Below, in pieces: positions 42,134 to 51,550 of a DNA stretch of 64,000 nucleotides (its first letter is position 1; each line of letters begins with the position of its first letter). The notes below the pieces were generated by a model. That model was given only the letters and a program-made list of their open reading frames with translations, was not told the origin of the DNA and searched no databases. The stretch covers positions 48,850 through 112,849 of the forward strand of contig JAUZFP010000054.1 of NCBI GenBank assembly GCA_030838475.1, in the 5' to 3' direction. The DNA is from Actinomycetota bacterium. GTDB lineage: Bacteria; Actinomycetota; Actinomycetes; Actinomycetales; Microbacteriaceae. The translations under genes were made by a program, and so were the position numbers.

Positions 42134-44689
42134 TTAGTGGGCGACGGCGATGAGCCCTAGCTCGGCCGGGTTGGCCAGCAGCGGGTTCGAGGGAACGACG
42201 CGGACGTTGTATCCGAAGCTCCCCGGCCGGTCGAGTTCGACCGTTCCGGTGAAGGTCGCGGGCTGGCCCGGTTCCACCGAATCGAGCGTGAGGCGCTGGC
42301 GGGAGATGCCCTCGAGGCGATCGGTGTCGCGGGCTCGGCCGTACACCACCTCGACCTTGACGTCGTCAGGGGCCAGGCCGTCGAGCGCGACCCGTGCGCG
42401 AACCTGGAGCACGTCGCCGATCTGCGGCACGACATCCACTCCCCCGGATTCGACGTGCAGCACCTGCACCTTCGGCCAGGCCTCGGTCAGGCGGGTCTTC
42501 CATGCGGAGAGCTCGCGAGCGGGCGCGTAGCCGCTCGCGGAGATCGCTCGCTCAGACTGAGCCGCCGGCATGTACAGCCGGGTGACGTACTCCTTGACCA
42601 TCCGGTCGGCGCTGAGCGCCGGCGAGAGGGTCGCGAGGGTGTGCCGGATCGACTCCACCCAGCGCGACGGCACGCCATCCGCACCGCGGTCGTAGAAGCG
42701 CGGCGCGATCTGGTGCTCGATGAGGTCGTACATCGACTCGGCCTCCAGGTCGTCACGCTCGGAGGCGTCGCCCGCGCTGTCCGCGGTCGGGATGGCCCAG
42801 CCGTTCTCGCCGTCGTAGAACTCGGCCCACCAGCCGTCGAGGATGGAGAGGTTGAGCGATCCGTTGAGCGCGGCCTTCATGCCGCTGGTGCCACACGCCT
42901 CGAGGGGACGAAGCGGGTTGTTCAGCCAGATGTCGGTGCCCGGGTAGAGCAGCTGGGCCATCGCGATGTCGTAGTTCGGCAGGAACACCATGCGGTGGCG
43001 AACATCCGCGGCGGCAGCGAACTCGATGAGCTGCTGGATGAGGCGTTTGCCCTCCTCGTCGGCGGGATGCGACTTGCCGGCAATCACGATCTGCACCGGG
43101 CGGGTCGGATGCGTGAGCAGGGCCCGCAGCCGCTCGGGGTCGCGCAGCATCAGGGTGAGCCGCTTGTAGGTGGGGACGCGGCGCGCGAACCCGATCGTGA
43201 GGACGTTGGGATCCAGGATGTCGGCGAACCAGGCGGGCACACCCGCGCCCGGGTTCTGCTCCTGGAAGGATGCGCCCAGCCGCTTGCGGGCATCCGTCAC
43301 CAGCTGCTTCTTCATCTCGCCGCGCACGGCCCAGATGTCGGCGTCGCTGACCTTGTCGCTGAGCCAGTCGGCCTCGGTGGTTTCGCTGGTTCCGAGCTTG
43401 TCGGATGCGAGTTCCTGCAGCAGCCGGTCGGTCCAGGTCGGCGCGTGAACGCCGTTGGTGACGGAGGTGATCGGGACATCATCCTGGTCGAAGCCCGGCC
43501 ACATGGCGCCGAACATTCCGCGGGAGACATCGCCGTGGAGGAGCGAGACGCCGTTCGCGCGCTGGCCGAGGCGCAGGCCCATCACGGCCATGTTGAAGGT
43601 GTCTGCCGTTCCACCCTCGTAGTCTTCGGCGCCGAGGGCGAGCACTGGCTCGACGGCGACGCCGGGGAGCAGGTCGGTGGAGAAGTAGGTCTCGACGAGT
43701 TCGGCCGGAAACCGGTCGATACCCGCGGGGACAGGTGTGTGGGTCGTGAAGACGGTCCCGGCTCGGACGACCTGCAGCGCCTCGTCGAAGCTCAGGCCAC
43801 CGCCGATCAGGTCGCTGATGCGCTCGAGGCCGAGGAAGCCCGCGTGGCCCTCGTTGGTGTGGAAGACCTCTGGCGCCGGGCCGCCGGTGAGCTCGGTGTA
43901 GATCTTGATCGCGCGCACCCCACCGATGCCGAGCAGGAGCTCTTGCAGCAGGCGGTGCTCGCCGCCGCCGCCGTACAAACGGTCGGTGACGGTGCGGAGG
44001 GATTCCTCGTTGTCCGGGACATCCGTATCGAGCAGGAGGAGCGTGACGCGACCGACCGCGACCTTCCAGATGCGGGCGAACAGCGCGCGGCCCTCGGGCA
44101 GTGCGAGCGTGACCTGGGCGGCGCTCCCGTCCGGGTTGCGCAGCACGCTCAGCGGCAGGCCGTCCGGGTCGAGCACCGGGTAGGTCTCCTGCTGCCAGCC
44201 GTCACGCGAGATCGCCTGGCGGAAATAGCCGGCGCGGTAGAACAGCCCGGCGGCGATGATCGGCACGCCGAGATCGGAGGCCGACTTCAGGTGATCGCCG
44301 GCGAGGATGCCCAGGCCGCCCGAGTACTGCGGGAGGGCGGCCGCGATACCGAACTCGGGCGAGAAATAGGCGATCGCCTTCGGCGCATCCGTCAGGCTCT
44401 GGTACCAGCGCGGCTCGGTGAGGTAGGCGTGGAGGTCGTCGCGGAGGGCGTTTGCGCTCTTAACGAAGTCCTTGTCGTTGGCCAGCTCGTCCAGCCGCGC
44501 GGGCTCGATCGCGCCGAGCAGGCTGACCGGATCGTGGCCGATCTCTTCCCACACCTCGGGGCTGATCGACGAGAAGAGCTGCAGTGTCGGGTTGTGCCAC
44601 GACCAGCGCAGGTTCGTCGCCAGCTCTTCCAAAGATGTAAGCGCTTGCGGAAGAACGGTGCGGACGGTAAAACGACGGATAGCCTTCAC
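42134..44689 (-). CDS. glgP: Alpha-glucan phosphorylase
   Basis: AYFSPEFG, YSGGLGILAGD, NEGH, GFARRVPTYKR, EACGTSGMK. Confidence 0.96.
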   Translation of the reverse strand: MKAIRRFTVRTVLPQALTSLEELATNLRWSWHNPTLQLFSSISPEVWEEIGHDPVSLLGAIEPARLDELANDKDFVKSANALRDDLHAYLTEPRWYQSLTDAPKAIAYFSPEFGIAAALPQYSGGLGILAGDHLKSASDLGVPIIAAGLFYRAGYFRQAISRDGWQQETYPVLDPDGLPLSVLRNPDGSAAQVTLALPEGRALFARIWKVAVGRVTLLLLDTDVPDNEESLRTVTDRLYGGGGEHRLLQELLLGIGGVRAIKIYTELTGGPAPEVFHTNEGHAGFLGLERISDLIGGGLSFDEALQVVRAGTVFTTHTPVPAGIDRFPAELVETYFSTDLLPGVAVEPVLALGAEDYEGGTADTFNMAVMGLRLGQRANGVSLLHGDVSRGMFGAMWPGFDQDDVPITSVTNGVHAPTWTDRLLQELASDKLGTSETTEADWLSDKVSDADIWAVRGEMKKQLVTDARKRLGASFQEQNPGAGVPAWFADILDPNVLTIGFARRVPTYKRLTLMLRDPERLRALLTHPTRPVQIVIAGKSHPADEEGKRLIQQLIEFAAAADVRHRMVFLPNYDIAMAQLLYPGTDIWLNNPLRPLEACGTSGMKAALNGSLNLSILDGWWAEFYDGENGWAIPTADSAGDASERDDLEAESMYDLIEHQIAPRFYDRGADGVPSRWVESIRHTLATLSPALSADRMVKEYVTRLYMPAAQSERAISASGYAPARELSAWKTRLTEAWPKVQVLHVESGGVDVVPQIGDVLQVRARVALDGLAPDDVKVEVVYGRARDTDRLEGISRQRLTLDSVEPGQPATFTGTVELDRPGSFGYNVRVVPSNPLLANPAELGLIAVAH

Positions 44690-44733
44690 CCGCCAAGCCT
44701 ATGGGGAAGCGTCCGAACGCCGAAATTCGCTGC

Positions 44734-44799
44734 CACCGCTGCACTTTGTTGACCGCGCCAGGCATACAGGGGCCGCGCGGTCAACAAAGTGTGGCGGTG
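44734..44799. repeat. 62-bp palindromic element, copy 3 (inverted loop orientation)
   Basis: CACCGCTGCACTTTGTTGACCGCGC-CAGGCATACAGGGGCC-GCGCGGTCAACAAAGTGTGGCGGTG. Confidence 0.85.
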
Positions 44800-44805
44800 A
44801 GGTGG

Positions 44806-45414
44806 TTATCGGGTCGCGTCACGCCACATCGTCGTGATGATCGCATCATCGAGCACCGCATCGAAGGTGCCGACCGACTCGAAACCGGCTCGCCGATAGC
44901 GGTGCAGGTTCGCCGGATTCGTCGACTCGAGGTACCCCGGGATGCCGCGGGCGTCCCAGTCGACGAGGTTGGCGGCGAGGAGCTCCTGGCCGATCCCTCG
45001 CCCGCGATAGTCGGGATGCGTGGCCAGGAGGCCGAGGTAGGCGTGCGGCGTCCCACGCGGATGCGCCGCCTCGAACCGGTCGAACAGATCGAACATCTTG
45101 GCGGCCAGCTCCGGCGGGAACGTGTCGCGTACGAGCTCCTCCAGCTCCTCCTCCTGCTCGTCCGAGAGCTCCGACTCCCCCGGCGGCGTCCAGACCGCGA
45201 TGGCCTCCGCAATGCCGCCGATCTCGCCGGTCACGAAGGCGGTCGAGAACCGCATCCCGCCCTCGACGTACAACCGCCAGAACGGGTCGAGGTGGTCGGT
45301 GCTCCCGTCGGGCAGGACGAGACACGGCCCCCAGACCGGATCATCCATGAAGGCGAGCCGGATCGTGTCGGTGACGGCGTCGACATCCGCTGAGGTGACG
45401 GCACGGAATTCCAT
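44806..45414 (-). CDS. GNAT-family N-acetyltransferase
   Basis: AFMDDP, YLGLLATHPDYRGRGIG, YLESTNPANL..Y.R.GF. Confidence 0.9.
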   Translation of the reverse strand: MEFRAVTSADVDAVTDTIRLAFMDDPVWGPCLVLPDGSTDHLDPFWRLYVEGGMRFSTAFVTGEIGGIAEAIAVWTPPGESELSDEQEEELEELVRDTFPPELAAKMFDLFDRFEAAHPRGTPHAYLGLLATHPDYRGRGIGQELLAANLVDWDARGIPGYLESTNPANLHRYRRAGFESVGTFDAVLDDAIITTMWRDATR

Positions 45415-45503
45415 GGTGCACAGGCTAGACCCCGGCCGGTAGCTCAGCCACGCCCATCCCGCAACCCACTCGCCGCGCGAACTAATCGCGGTAGCGTTGA
45501 ATT

Positions 45504-47540
45504 GTGGCTATAGACGAATCCACGATCGCAGCCGCACATGCGAGCACTGGCGCAGCACCGCACTTCACCGCGCGGATCGGGCGCATCCCGATTCGCGACG
45601 TCACCCCCGTGCAGCCCGAGGAGCGCTGGCCCGCGAAGGCTTTTGCCGGCGAGGTGGTCCCATTTGGTGCGACCGTGTTTCGGGAGGGCCACGCCCTGAT
45701 CGGCGTCACCCTGCTGCTCGTGGACCCGGATGGCGGAGAGACCCGCCATCGGATGTCGCCGGGCGCTCCGGGTACGGACCGCTGGGAGGTTCTCGCGCAG
45801 CTCGATCGCGTCGGAAGTTGGCGCTTTCGCGTGCAGGCGTACGGCGACGACTGGGCCAGTTGGCTGCACGACGCGGACATCAAGGTTCCGTTGCTCCAGG
45901 ATGTCGAGCTCGTCTTTGCCGAAGGACTGGAGCTGCTGGGTCGCGCCGGAACGAGCAAGCCCGTCAAGGATGCCGTTGCCGCCCTGTCCGACGAGACGCT
46001 GACCCCGGATGGCCGGCTGGCTGCCGCTCACGATCCGAAGCTCACGGCCAGCATCCTCGCTCGTCCGCTCGCGAGTCTCGAGACCCTCGGCGAGCAGCAC
46101 ACCATCCGGGTCGAGCGCGAGCGTGCGGGCGTCGGCAGTTGGTACGAGTTCTTCCCACGCAGCATCGGCGCGAAGAAGAACGCCGACGGCAGCTGGAAGT
46201 CTGGGACGTTCAAGAGCGCCGCAACCCGGCTCCCCGCGGTCGCGGCGATGGGCTTCGACGTCGTCTACCTGCCGCCCATCCATCCGATCGGAACGAGCTT
46301 CCGCAAGGGACCGAACAACACCCTGGATGCCGGGCCGAACGACCCCGGATCCCCCTGGGCGATCGGCGGTGCGGCCGGCGGCCACGACGCCATCCACCCC
46401 GACCTCGGCACGGAGGCCGACTTCAAAGCGTTCGTGCGCGCGGCCGGGCGAAACGGACTCGAGGTCGCGATCGACCTCGCGCTGCAGTGCTCGCCCGACC
46501 ACCCGTGGGTGAAGCAGCACCCGGAATGGTTCACGACGCGGCCGGATGGCTCGATCGCGTACGCCGAGAACCCGCCGAAGAAATACCAGGACATCTACCC
46601 GCTCAACTTCGACAACGATCCCATCGGAATTCGCGAAGAGGTCCTGCGGGTCGTGCGGTACTGGATCGGGCTCGGCGTCACGATCTTCCGCGTCGACAAC
46701 CCGCACACCAAGCCGCTCGACTTCTGGGAGTGGCTGATCTGGGAGGTCAACAGCACGAATCCCGAGGTCGTATTCCTGGCCGAGGCCTTCACGCGCCCGG
46801 CACTCATGCAGGCGCTCGCCGGAGCGGGGTTCCAGCAGTCCTACTCCTACTTCACGTGGCGCAACACCAAGGCCGAGCTCGAGGAGTTCCTCGTGCAGAT
46901 CAGCGACGACTGGAGCGCCTTCTACCGGCCGAACCTGTTCGTCAACACCCCGGACATCCTGACCGAGTACCTGCAGTTCGGCGGCATTCCGGCGTACAAG
47001 ATCCGGGCGACGCTGGCCGCGACGGCGGCGCCGATCTGGGGGGTCTACTCCGGATTCGAGCTGTTTGAGGATGTCGCCAGGCCGGGCAGCGAAGAGAACG
47101 TCGACAACGAGAAGTACGAGTACCGGCCGCGCGACTTTGCCAAGGCCGAGAAGCTGGGTCGCTCGCTCGCGCCGTACCTCACCGACCTGAACCGGATTCG
47201 GGCCGAGCATCCCGCACTTCGGCAATTGCGCAACCTGGACCTGCACTGGAGCGACGACGACTCGATCCTCGTGTACTCGAAGTTCCTCGACGGGCAGTTC
47301 GCCTCGAGTGGTGAACCGGATGGCCTGCTCATCGTTGCGAACGTCGACCCTCACTCGGTGCGCGAGACAATGGTGCATCTGGATGTCACGAGGTTCGGCC
47401 TGGCGGTCGGCGACACGTTCGACGTCGTCGACCTGCTCAGCGGGCAGCGGTTCACCTGGGGCGAGCACAACTACGTGCGGCTCGACGCGTTCAACCAGCC
47501 CGTGCACATCCTGAGCGTCCAGTACGGAAAGGCGAAGTGA
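45504..47540 (+). CDS. glgE: Alpha-1,4-glucan:maltose-1-phosphate maltosyltransferase
   Basis: SWYEFFPRS, YLPPIHPIG, AENPPKKYQDIYP, FRVDNPHTKP, NTPDIL. Confidence 0.96.
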   Translation: MAIDESTIAAAHASTGAAPHFTARIGRIPIRDVTPVQPEERWPAKAFAGEVVPFGATVFREGHALIGVTLLLVDPDGGETRHRMSPGAPGTDRWEVLAQLDRVGSWRFRVQAYGDDWASWLHDADIKVPLLQDVELVFAEGLELLGRAGTSKPVKDAVAALSDETLTPDGRLAAAHDPKLTASILARPLASLETLGEQHTIRVERERAGVGSWYEFFPRSIGAKKNADGSWKSGTFKSAATRLPAVAAMGFDVVYLPPIHPIGTSFRKGPNNTLDAGPNDPGSPWAIGGAAGGHDAIHPDLGTEADFKAFVRAAGRNGLEVAIDLALQCSPDHPWVKQHPEWFTTRPDGSIAYAENPPKKYQDIYPLNFDNDPIGIREEVLRVVRYWIGLGVTIFRVDNPHTKPLDFWEWLIWEVNSTNPEVVFLAEAFTRPALMQALAGAGFQQSYSYFTWRNTKAELEEFLVQISDDWSAFYRPNLFVNTPDILTEYLQFGGIPAYKIRATLAATAAPIWGVYSGFELFEDVARPGSEENVDNEKYEYRPRDFAKAEKLGRSLAPYLTDLNRIRAEHPALRQLRNLDLHWSDDDSILVYSKFLDGQFASSGEPDGLLIVANVDPHSVRETMVHLDVTRFGLAVGDTFDVVDLLSGQRFTWGEHNYVRLDAFNQPVHILSVQYGKAK

Positions 47541-49792
47541 TGGCCGAGAAGAAGCCCGCCGCAAAGAAGACCGCGGCCAATGCCCCTTCGACGAGCCCGG
47601 GGACCGAGGCCGACTTCCAAACCGACGCGATCTTCGAGTTCCCGCCGCTCGACCCCGGGCTCATCGCATCCGTTGTCGGCGGCTACCACCCGCAACCGCA
47701 CGCGACACTCGGTCAGCATCCCGTCGACGACGGGTTCGTCATCCGCACCGTGCGTCCGCTCGCGGCGACCGTGACGGCCGTCCGCGCCGATGGTTCGCGC
47801 ATCCCGCTCAGCCACCTCGACCAGGGCCTCTGGCAGGGTTTCGCCGGCGGCAAGGGCCAGGCGTACACGCTGGAGGCGACCTACGACGGCGCTCCCGACT
47901 GGACCACCGATGACCCGTACCGGTTCGTCCCGTCGGTCGGCGAGGTCGACCTCTACCTCTGGGGCCAGGGTCGGCACGAGCAGCTGTGGGACGCCATCGG
48001 CGCGCACTTTCGTCCGCACGAGGACATCGTCGGCACATCCTTCAGCGTCTGGGCGCCACATGCGAAGGCCGTCCGTGTTGTCGGGGACTTCAACGGCTGG
48101 GATGGCCACCTGTGGGCGATGCGCCGACTCGACGACGTCGGCGTCTGGGAACTTTTCGTCCCCGGCCTGATGCCGGGCAGCGCCTACAAGTTCGAGATCC
48201 AGACCGCGGCCGGCGAGTGGGTGACCCGCGCCGACCCGATGGCGCGTTACACGGAGCGGCCGCCGGCCACCGCATCCGTCGTCGGCGAATCGAAGTATGT
48301 CTGGTCAGACTCGGGCTGGCTCGCCCAGCGCGCCGCGCACGATCCGCACAACGCGGCCATGAGCGTGTACGAGATGCACGTGGGCTCGTGGCGGGCGGGC
48401 CTCGGCTACCGCGAGCTCGCCGACCAGCTGATCGAGTACATCCACGAGACCGGGTTTACGCACGTCGAGTTCATGCCCCTGGCCGAGCACCCGTATGGTC
48501 CGTCGTGGGGCTACCAGGTGACCGGCTACTACGCGCCGACCAGCCGGTTCGGGCATCCGGATGACCTCAAATATCTGATCGACCGGCTGCACCAGGCCTC
48601 CATCGGCGTGATCATGGACTGGGTTCCGGGCCACTTTCCGAAGGACGAGTGGGCGCTCGGCCGGTTCGACGGCCAGGCGCTGTACGAGCACTCCGACCCC
48701 CGCCGCGGCGAGCACAAGGACTGGGGCACCTACATCTTCAACTTCGGCGACTCGCAGGTGCGCAACTTCCTGGTCGCGAATGCCCTGTACTGGCTCGAGG
48801 AGTTTCATATCGACGGCCTCCGGGTCGATGCGGTCGCATCCATCCTGTATCTCGACTACTCGCGCGAGGCGGGCGAGTGGGAGCCCAACATCCACGGCGG
48901 GCGCGAGAACCTTGAAGCGATCAGCTTCCTGCAGGAGGTCAACGCGACCGCGTACAAGCGCAACGCGGGAATCGTCATGGCGGCCGAGGAGTCGACCTCG
49001 TACCCCGGCGTCACCCACGCGACCTCGGCCGGTGGTCTTGGTTTCGGTCTGAAGTGGAACATGGGCTGGATGCACGACAGCCTGCAGTACATCGAGGAAG
49101 ACCCGATGTACCGCTCGTACCACCACAACGACATCACGTTCAGCTTCCTGTACGCGTTCAGCGAGAACTTCATCCTGCCGATCAGTCACGACGAGGTCGT
49201 CTACGGCAAGGGGTCGCTGCTCACCAAGATGCCCGGCGACCAGTGGCAGAAGCTCGCCAACGTGCGCGCCTACCTGGCGTTCATGTGGGCGCATCCCGGC
49301 AAGCAGCTGCTGTTCATGGGCTCCGAGTTCGGGCAGCCGTCCGAGTGGAGCGAGGAGCGGTCGCTCGACTGGTGGATTCTCGACCAGCCCGCCCATCGCG
49401 GACTGCTCACCCTGGTTGGCCAGATGAACCGCGTCTACCGCGCCGAGGGTGCGCTCTGGGAGCAGGACAACTCCCCCGCCGGTTTCGAGTGGATCGACGG
49501 CGGCGACGCGGAACACAACGTGGTGTCATTCCTGCGCTGGTCAACGGACGGGCAGCCGATCGCGGTGCTGATGAACTTCAGCGGGAATCCCGTCGGGCCG
49601 TATCGTGTCGGCCTGCCGTTCGCGGGCGAGTGGGACGAGATCCTCAACACGGATGCCGCAGACTTTGGCGGTTCGGGCGTCGGCAACTTCGGGGTCGTGA
49701 ACGCCACGGATCAGCCGTGGGGCGGCCGTCCGGCCTCCGCCGAGCTGACCCTGCCGCCGCTCGCCGGCCTGTGGCTGAAGCTGCGGCGCTAG
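47537..49792 (+). CDS. glgB: 1,4-alpha-glucan branching enzyme
   Basis: FSVWAP, YEMHVGSW, SWGYQVTGY, DWVPGHF, DGLRVDAVAS, SHDEVV. Confidence 0.97.
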   Translation: MMAEKKPAAKKTAANAPSTSPGTEADFQTDAIFEFPPLDPGLIASVVGGYHPQPHATLGQHPVDDGFVIRTVRPLAATVTAVRADGSRIPLSHLDQGLWQGFAGGKGQAYTLEATYDGAPDWTTDDPYRFVPSVGEVDLYLWGQGRHEQLWDAIGAHFRPHEDIVGTSFSVWAPHAKAVRVVGDFNGWDGHLWAMRRLDDVGVWELFVPGLMPGSAYKFEIQTAAGEWVTRADPMARYTERPPATASVVGESKYVWSDSGWLAQRAAHDPHNAAMSVYEMHVGSWRAGLGYRELADQLIEYIHETGFTHVEFMPLAEHPYGPSWGYQVTGYYAPTSRFGHPDDLKYLIDRLHQASIGVIMDWVPGHFPKDEWALGRFDGQALYEHSDPRRGEHKDWGTYIFNFGDSQVRNFLVANALYWLEEFHIDGLRVDAVASILYLDYSREAGEWEPNIHGGRENLEAISFLQEVNATAYKRNAGIVMAAEESTSYPGVTHATSAGGLGFGLKWNMGWMHDSLQYIEEDPMYRSYHHNDITFSFLYAFSENFILPISHDEVVYGKGSLLTKMPGDQWQKLANVRAYLAFMWAHPGKQLLFMGSEFGQPSEWSEERSLDWWILDQPAHRGLLTLVGQMNRVYRAEGALWEQDNSPAGFEWIDGGDAEHNVVSFLRWSTDGQPIAVLMNFSGNPVGPYRVGLPFAGEWDEILNTDAADFGGSGVGNFGVVNATDQPWGGRPASAELTLPPLAGLWLKLRR

Positions 49793-49797
49793 CCCCC

Positions 49798-49868
49798 GCG
49801 TTTTGCCCCGTTTGGGACAATTTGCCCCGCGCGCGCAGCCGAAATCGTCCCAAACGGGCGAAACACGC
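49798..49868. terminator. Long imperfect palindrome between convergent genes
   Basis: CCGTTTGGGAC / GTCCCAAACGG core stem with extended pairing. Confidence 0.6.
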
Positions 49869-50890
49869 TAAATGAGTCGCGCCGCGGTCTTGATTGTTCG
49901 CAGTTGGTTCAGTTCGCTGGCGATCCACGACGCCTCCGCCTTTGATGGCATCGGCAGCAGATCGGCATTGGGGTTGGGTAACGGCAGGGCGACAGGTTTG
50001 CCGTCTTCGGGATCCCTGATCGAGAGGAGAACCGACGGATAGGTGGTGCGGTTGCGATAGATCGTGTCAATCTGAATGCTCGTAATCCACGACCATGGGA
50101 TGAACCCGAACTGCTCGGGTGGTCGCCCGTTCCAGAGCGATAACCCTTTCTGTGATGCCGATGCACCGAGTGTCACAGGCGGGTACCGTGGGGCGGAGTC
50201 CGGAGCAATTTCGAGGAATGCGTCATCGAATTGGTCCGCCGAGATGATCGTGAAAACGAGCGACTGCGGATCTAATGCGGTTAGCGCCGCCAGGCGCGCC
50301 CTATTCATGCCTGCACCAATTGCCAGCCCAACGACCCAGGCCACAAGAGCTAATGCCGCGATGATCCCAACCCACGTCGCTACAACAGGATCTCTCGATC
50401 CCCAGATGATTGAGGCCACGAGAGGAATGCCAACCGACCCGCCGACACGTATCGCAATGTTCGTGGCACGCCGAACGAAACTCGGCCTACCTGATGCAGA
50501 CTGCGGCTGTGCATCCTTAGTTGACGTGAATCCCGAGAGGAGTCGGTGCTGAGACAGATATGGCTCGCCCGCCTTTCGAACCACATCACCGGACCGGGGA
50601 TCGAGCTGGTCCAGCTCAACGTGCGCCGTTCGGAGCGTTGTATAGCCAGCGGCGGTCTCGCGTTTCTTGGCGCGGCTGGTCAACACTTGGAGGATCAGCC
50701 CCGCAACCATGACACCTGCGGGCGCGATGATCCACCACCAAAGGTCGTCGTGCACGCGGTTGGTGATCGTAGCTATGACCGCAGGGACATACGCCAGCAC
50801 GACAGCAACACCGACGACCGTGAGCGAACGGCTCAGGCTGCGAGCGCTCAGTCCCGGCACTAGCCGCGAGCGGCCATCCGTTGTCATCAT
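49868..50890 (-). CDS. Hypothetical membrane protein, lower GC
   Basis: Four hydrophobic segments and a soluble C-terminal domain; TAGAGT 6 nt upstream of ATG. Confidence 0.65.
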   Translation of the reverse strand: MMTTDGRSRLVPGLSARSLSRSLTVVGVAVVLAYVPAVIATITNRVHDDLWWWIIAPAGVMVAGLILQVLTSRAKKRETAAGYTTLRTAHVELDQLDPRSGDVVRKAGEPYLSQHRLLSGFTSTKDAQPQSASGRPSFVRRATNIAIRVGGSVGIPLVASIIWGSRDPVVATWVGIIAALALVAWVVGLAIGAGMNRARLAALTALDPQSLVFTIISADQFDDAFLEIAPDSAPRYPPVTLGASASQKGLSLWNGRPPEQFGFIPWSWITSIQIDTIYRNRTTYPSVLLSIRDPEDGKPVALPLPNPNADLLPMPSKAEASWIASELNQLRTIKTAARLI

Positions 50891-50936
50891 GGCGAAACTC
50901 TATGGGCTGGGCCCGCCAATCGTGCAACGGCCTGCG

Positions 50937-51434
50937 CTACACGACGACGCTGGTCGTGCGGAGTTCCTCGAGTTGCCCCAGCAGGAACTCACTCTCGCGA
51001 CGGGAGCCGGTCATCCCTCGCGTTCCATTGGGAGACAACAGAGGCACCGCGACCGTGCCCGAGCCGGTCGACACGTGCACCAGAATCGCGGATGCGGACC
51101 AGCGCCGATAGGTCGTCTGGAGGTCAACCACCTCGAGGCCCGCGACCCTGCTCCATTCCAGCGAGCCGACCCGTTCGGGTGGGGTGTTGTCCCAGAAGGT
51201 GAGGCCGATGGTGTCGGCCGTCACGCTGGGCGCCGACGTCAGCCCGGTCGCCCGCTCGACCCAGTCGGTGCCTGCAGCGGCAAGAGCCAGCGCCTCGCCG
51301 AAGAGCCTGCGGTTGGCGATGGTGAACGCGACGCTGCCCGGCGCGAGGCGATCGAGGCGGCGCAGAATACGCTCGCGAATCGGCACCACCAGAAAGAGCA
51401 GCAGGATGACCGCCCCGATGCCGTAGATGATCAT
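50937..51434 (-). CDS. Hypothetical membrane-anchored protein resembling the C-terminal half of 49868-50890
   Basis: GLTFWDNTPPERVGSLEWS aligns with GLSLWNGRPPEQFGFIPWS; both end L.QLR/LEELR. Confidence 0.6.
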   Translation of the reverse strand: MIIYGIGAVILLLFLVVPIRERILRRLDRLAPGSVAFTIANRRLFGEALALAAAGTDWVERATGLTSAPSVTADTIGLTFWDNTPPERVGSLEWSRVAGLEVVDLQTTYRRWSASAILVHVSTGSGTVAVPLLSPNGTRGMTGSRRESEFLLGQLEELRTTSVVV

Positions 51435-51479
51435 CGTCCCTGCCCCATACCTCAGCCTAAGTCGCGCAAACCACCGCGA

Positions 51480-51530
51480 GGTGAGGCATATCGACCTTCG
51501 GAGCGCGCGGGAAGGTCGATTTGCCTCACC
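51480..51530. terminator. 20-bp-arm palindrome downstream of the YbbN-like gene
   Basis: GGTGAGGCATATCGACCTTC...GAAGGTCGATTTGCCTCACC. Confidence 0.65.
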
Positions 51531-51550
51531 CCACGCGAAAAAAGCGTGAG

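Noticed and set aside
42455-47564. Long antisense and alternate-frame ORFs (e.g. 42455-44752 +, 45444-47564 -, also 30649-32595 + and 54417-56518 -)
   Set aside because: Shadow ORFs of well-supported genes, expected in high-GC DNA; no motifs
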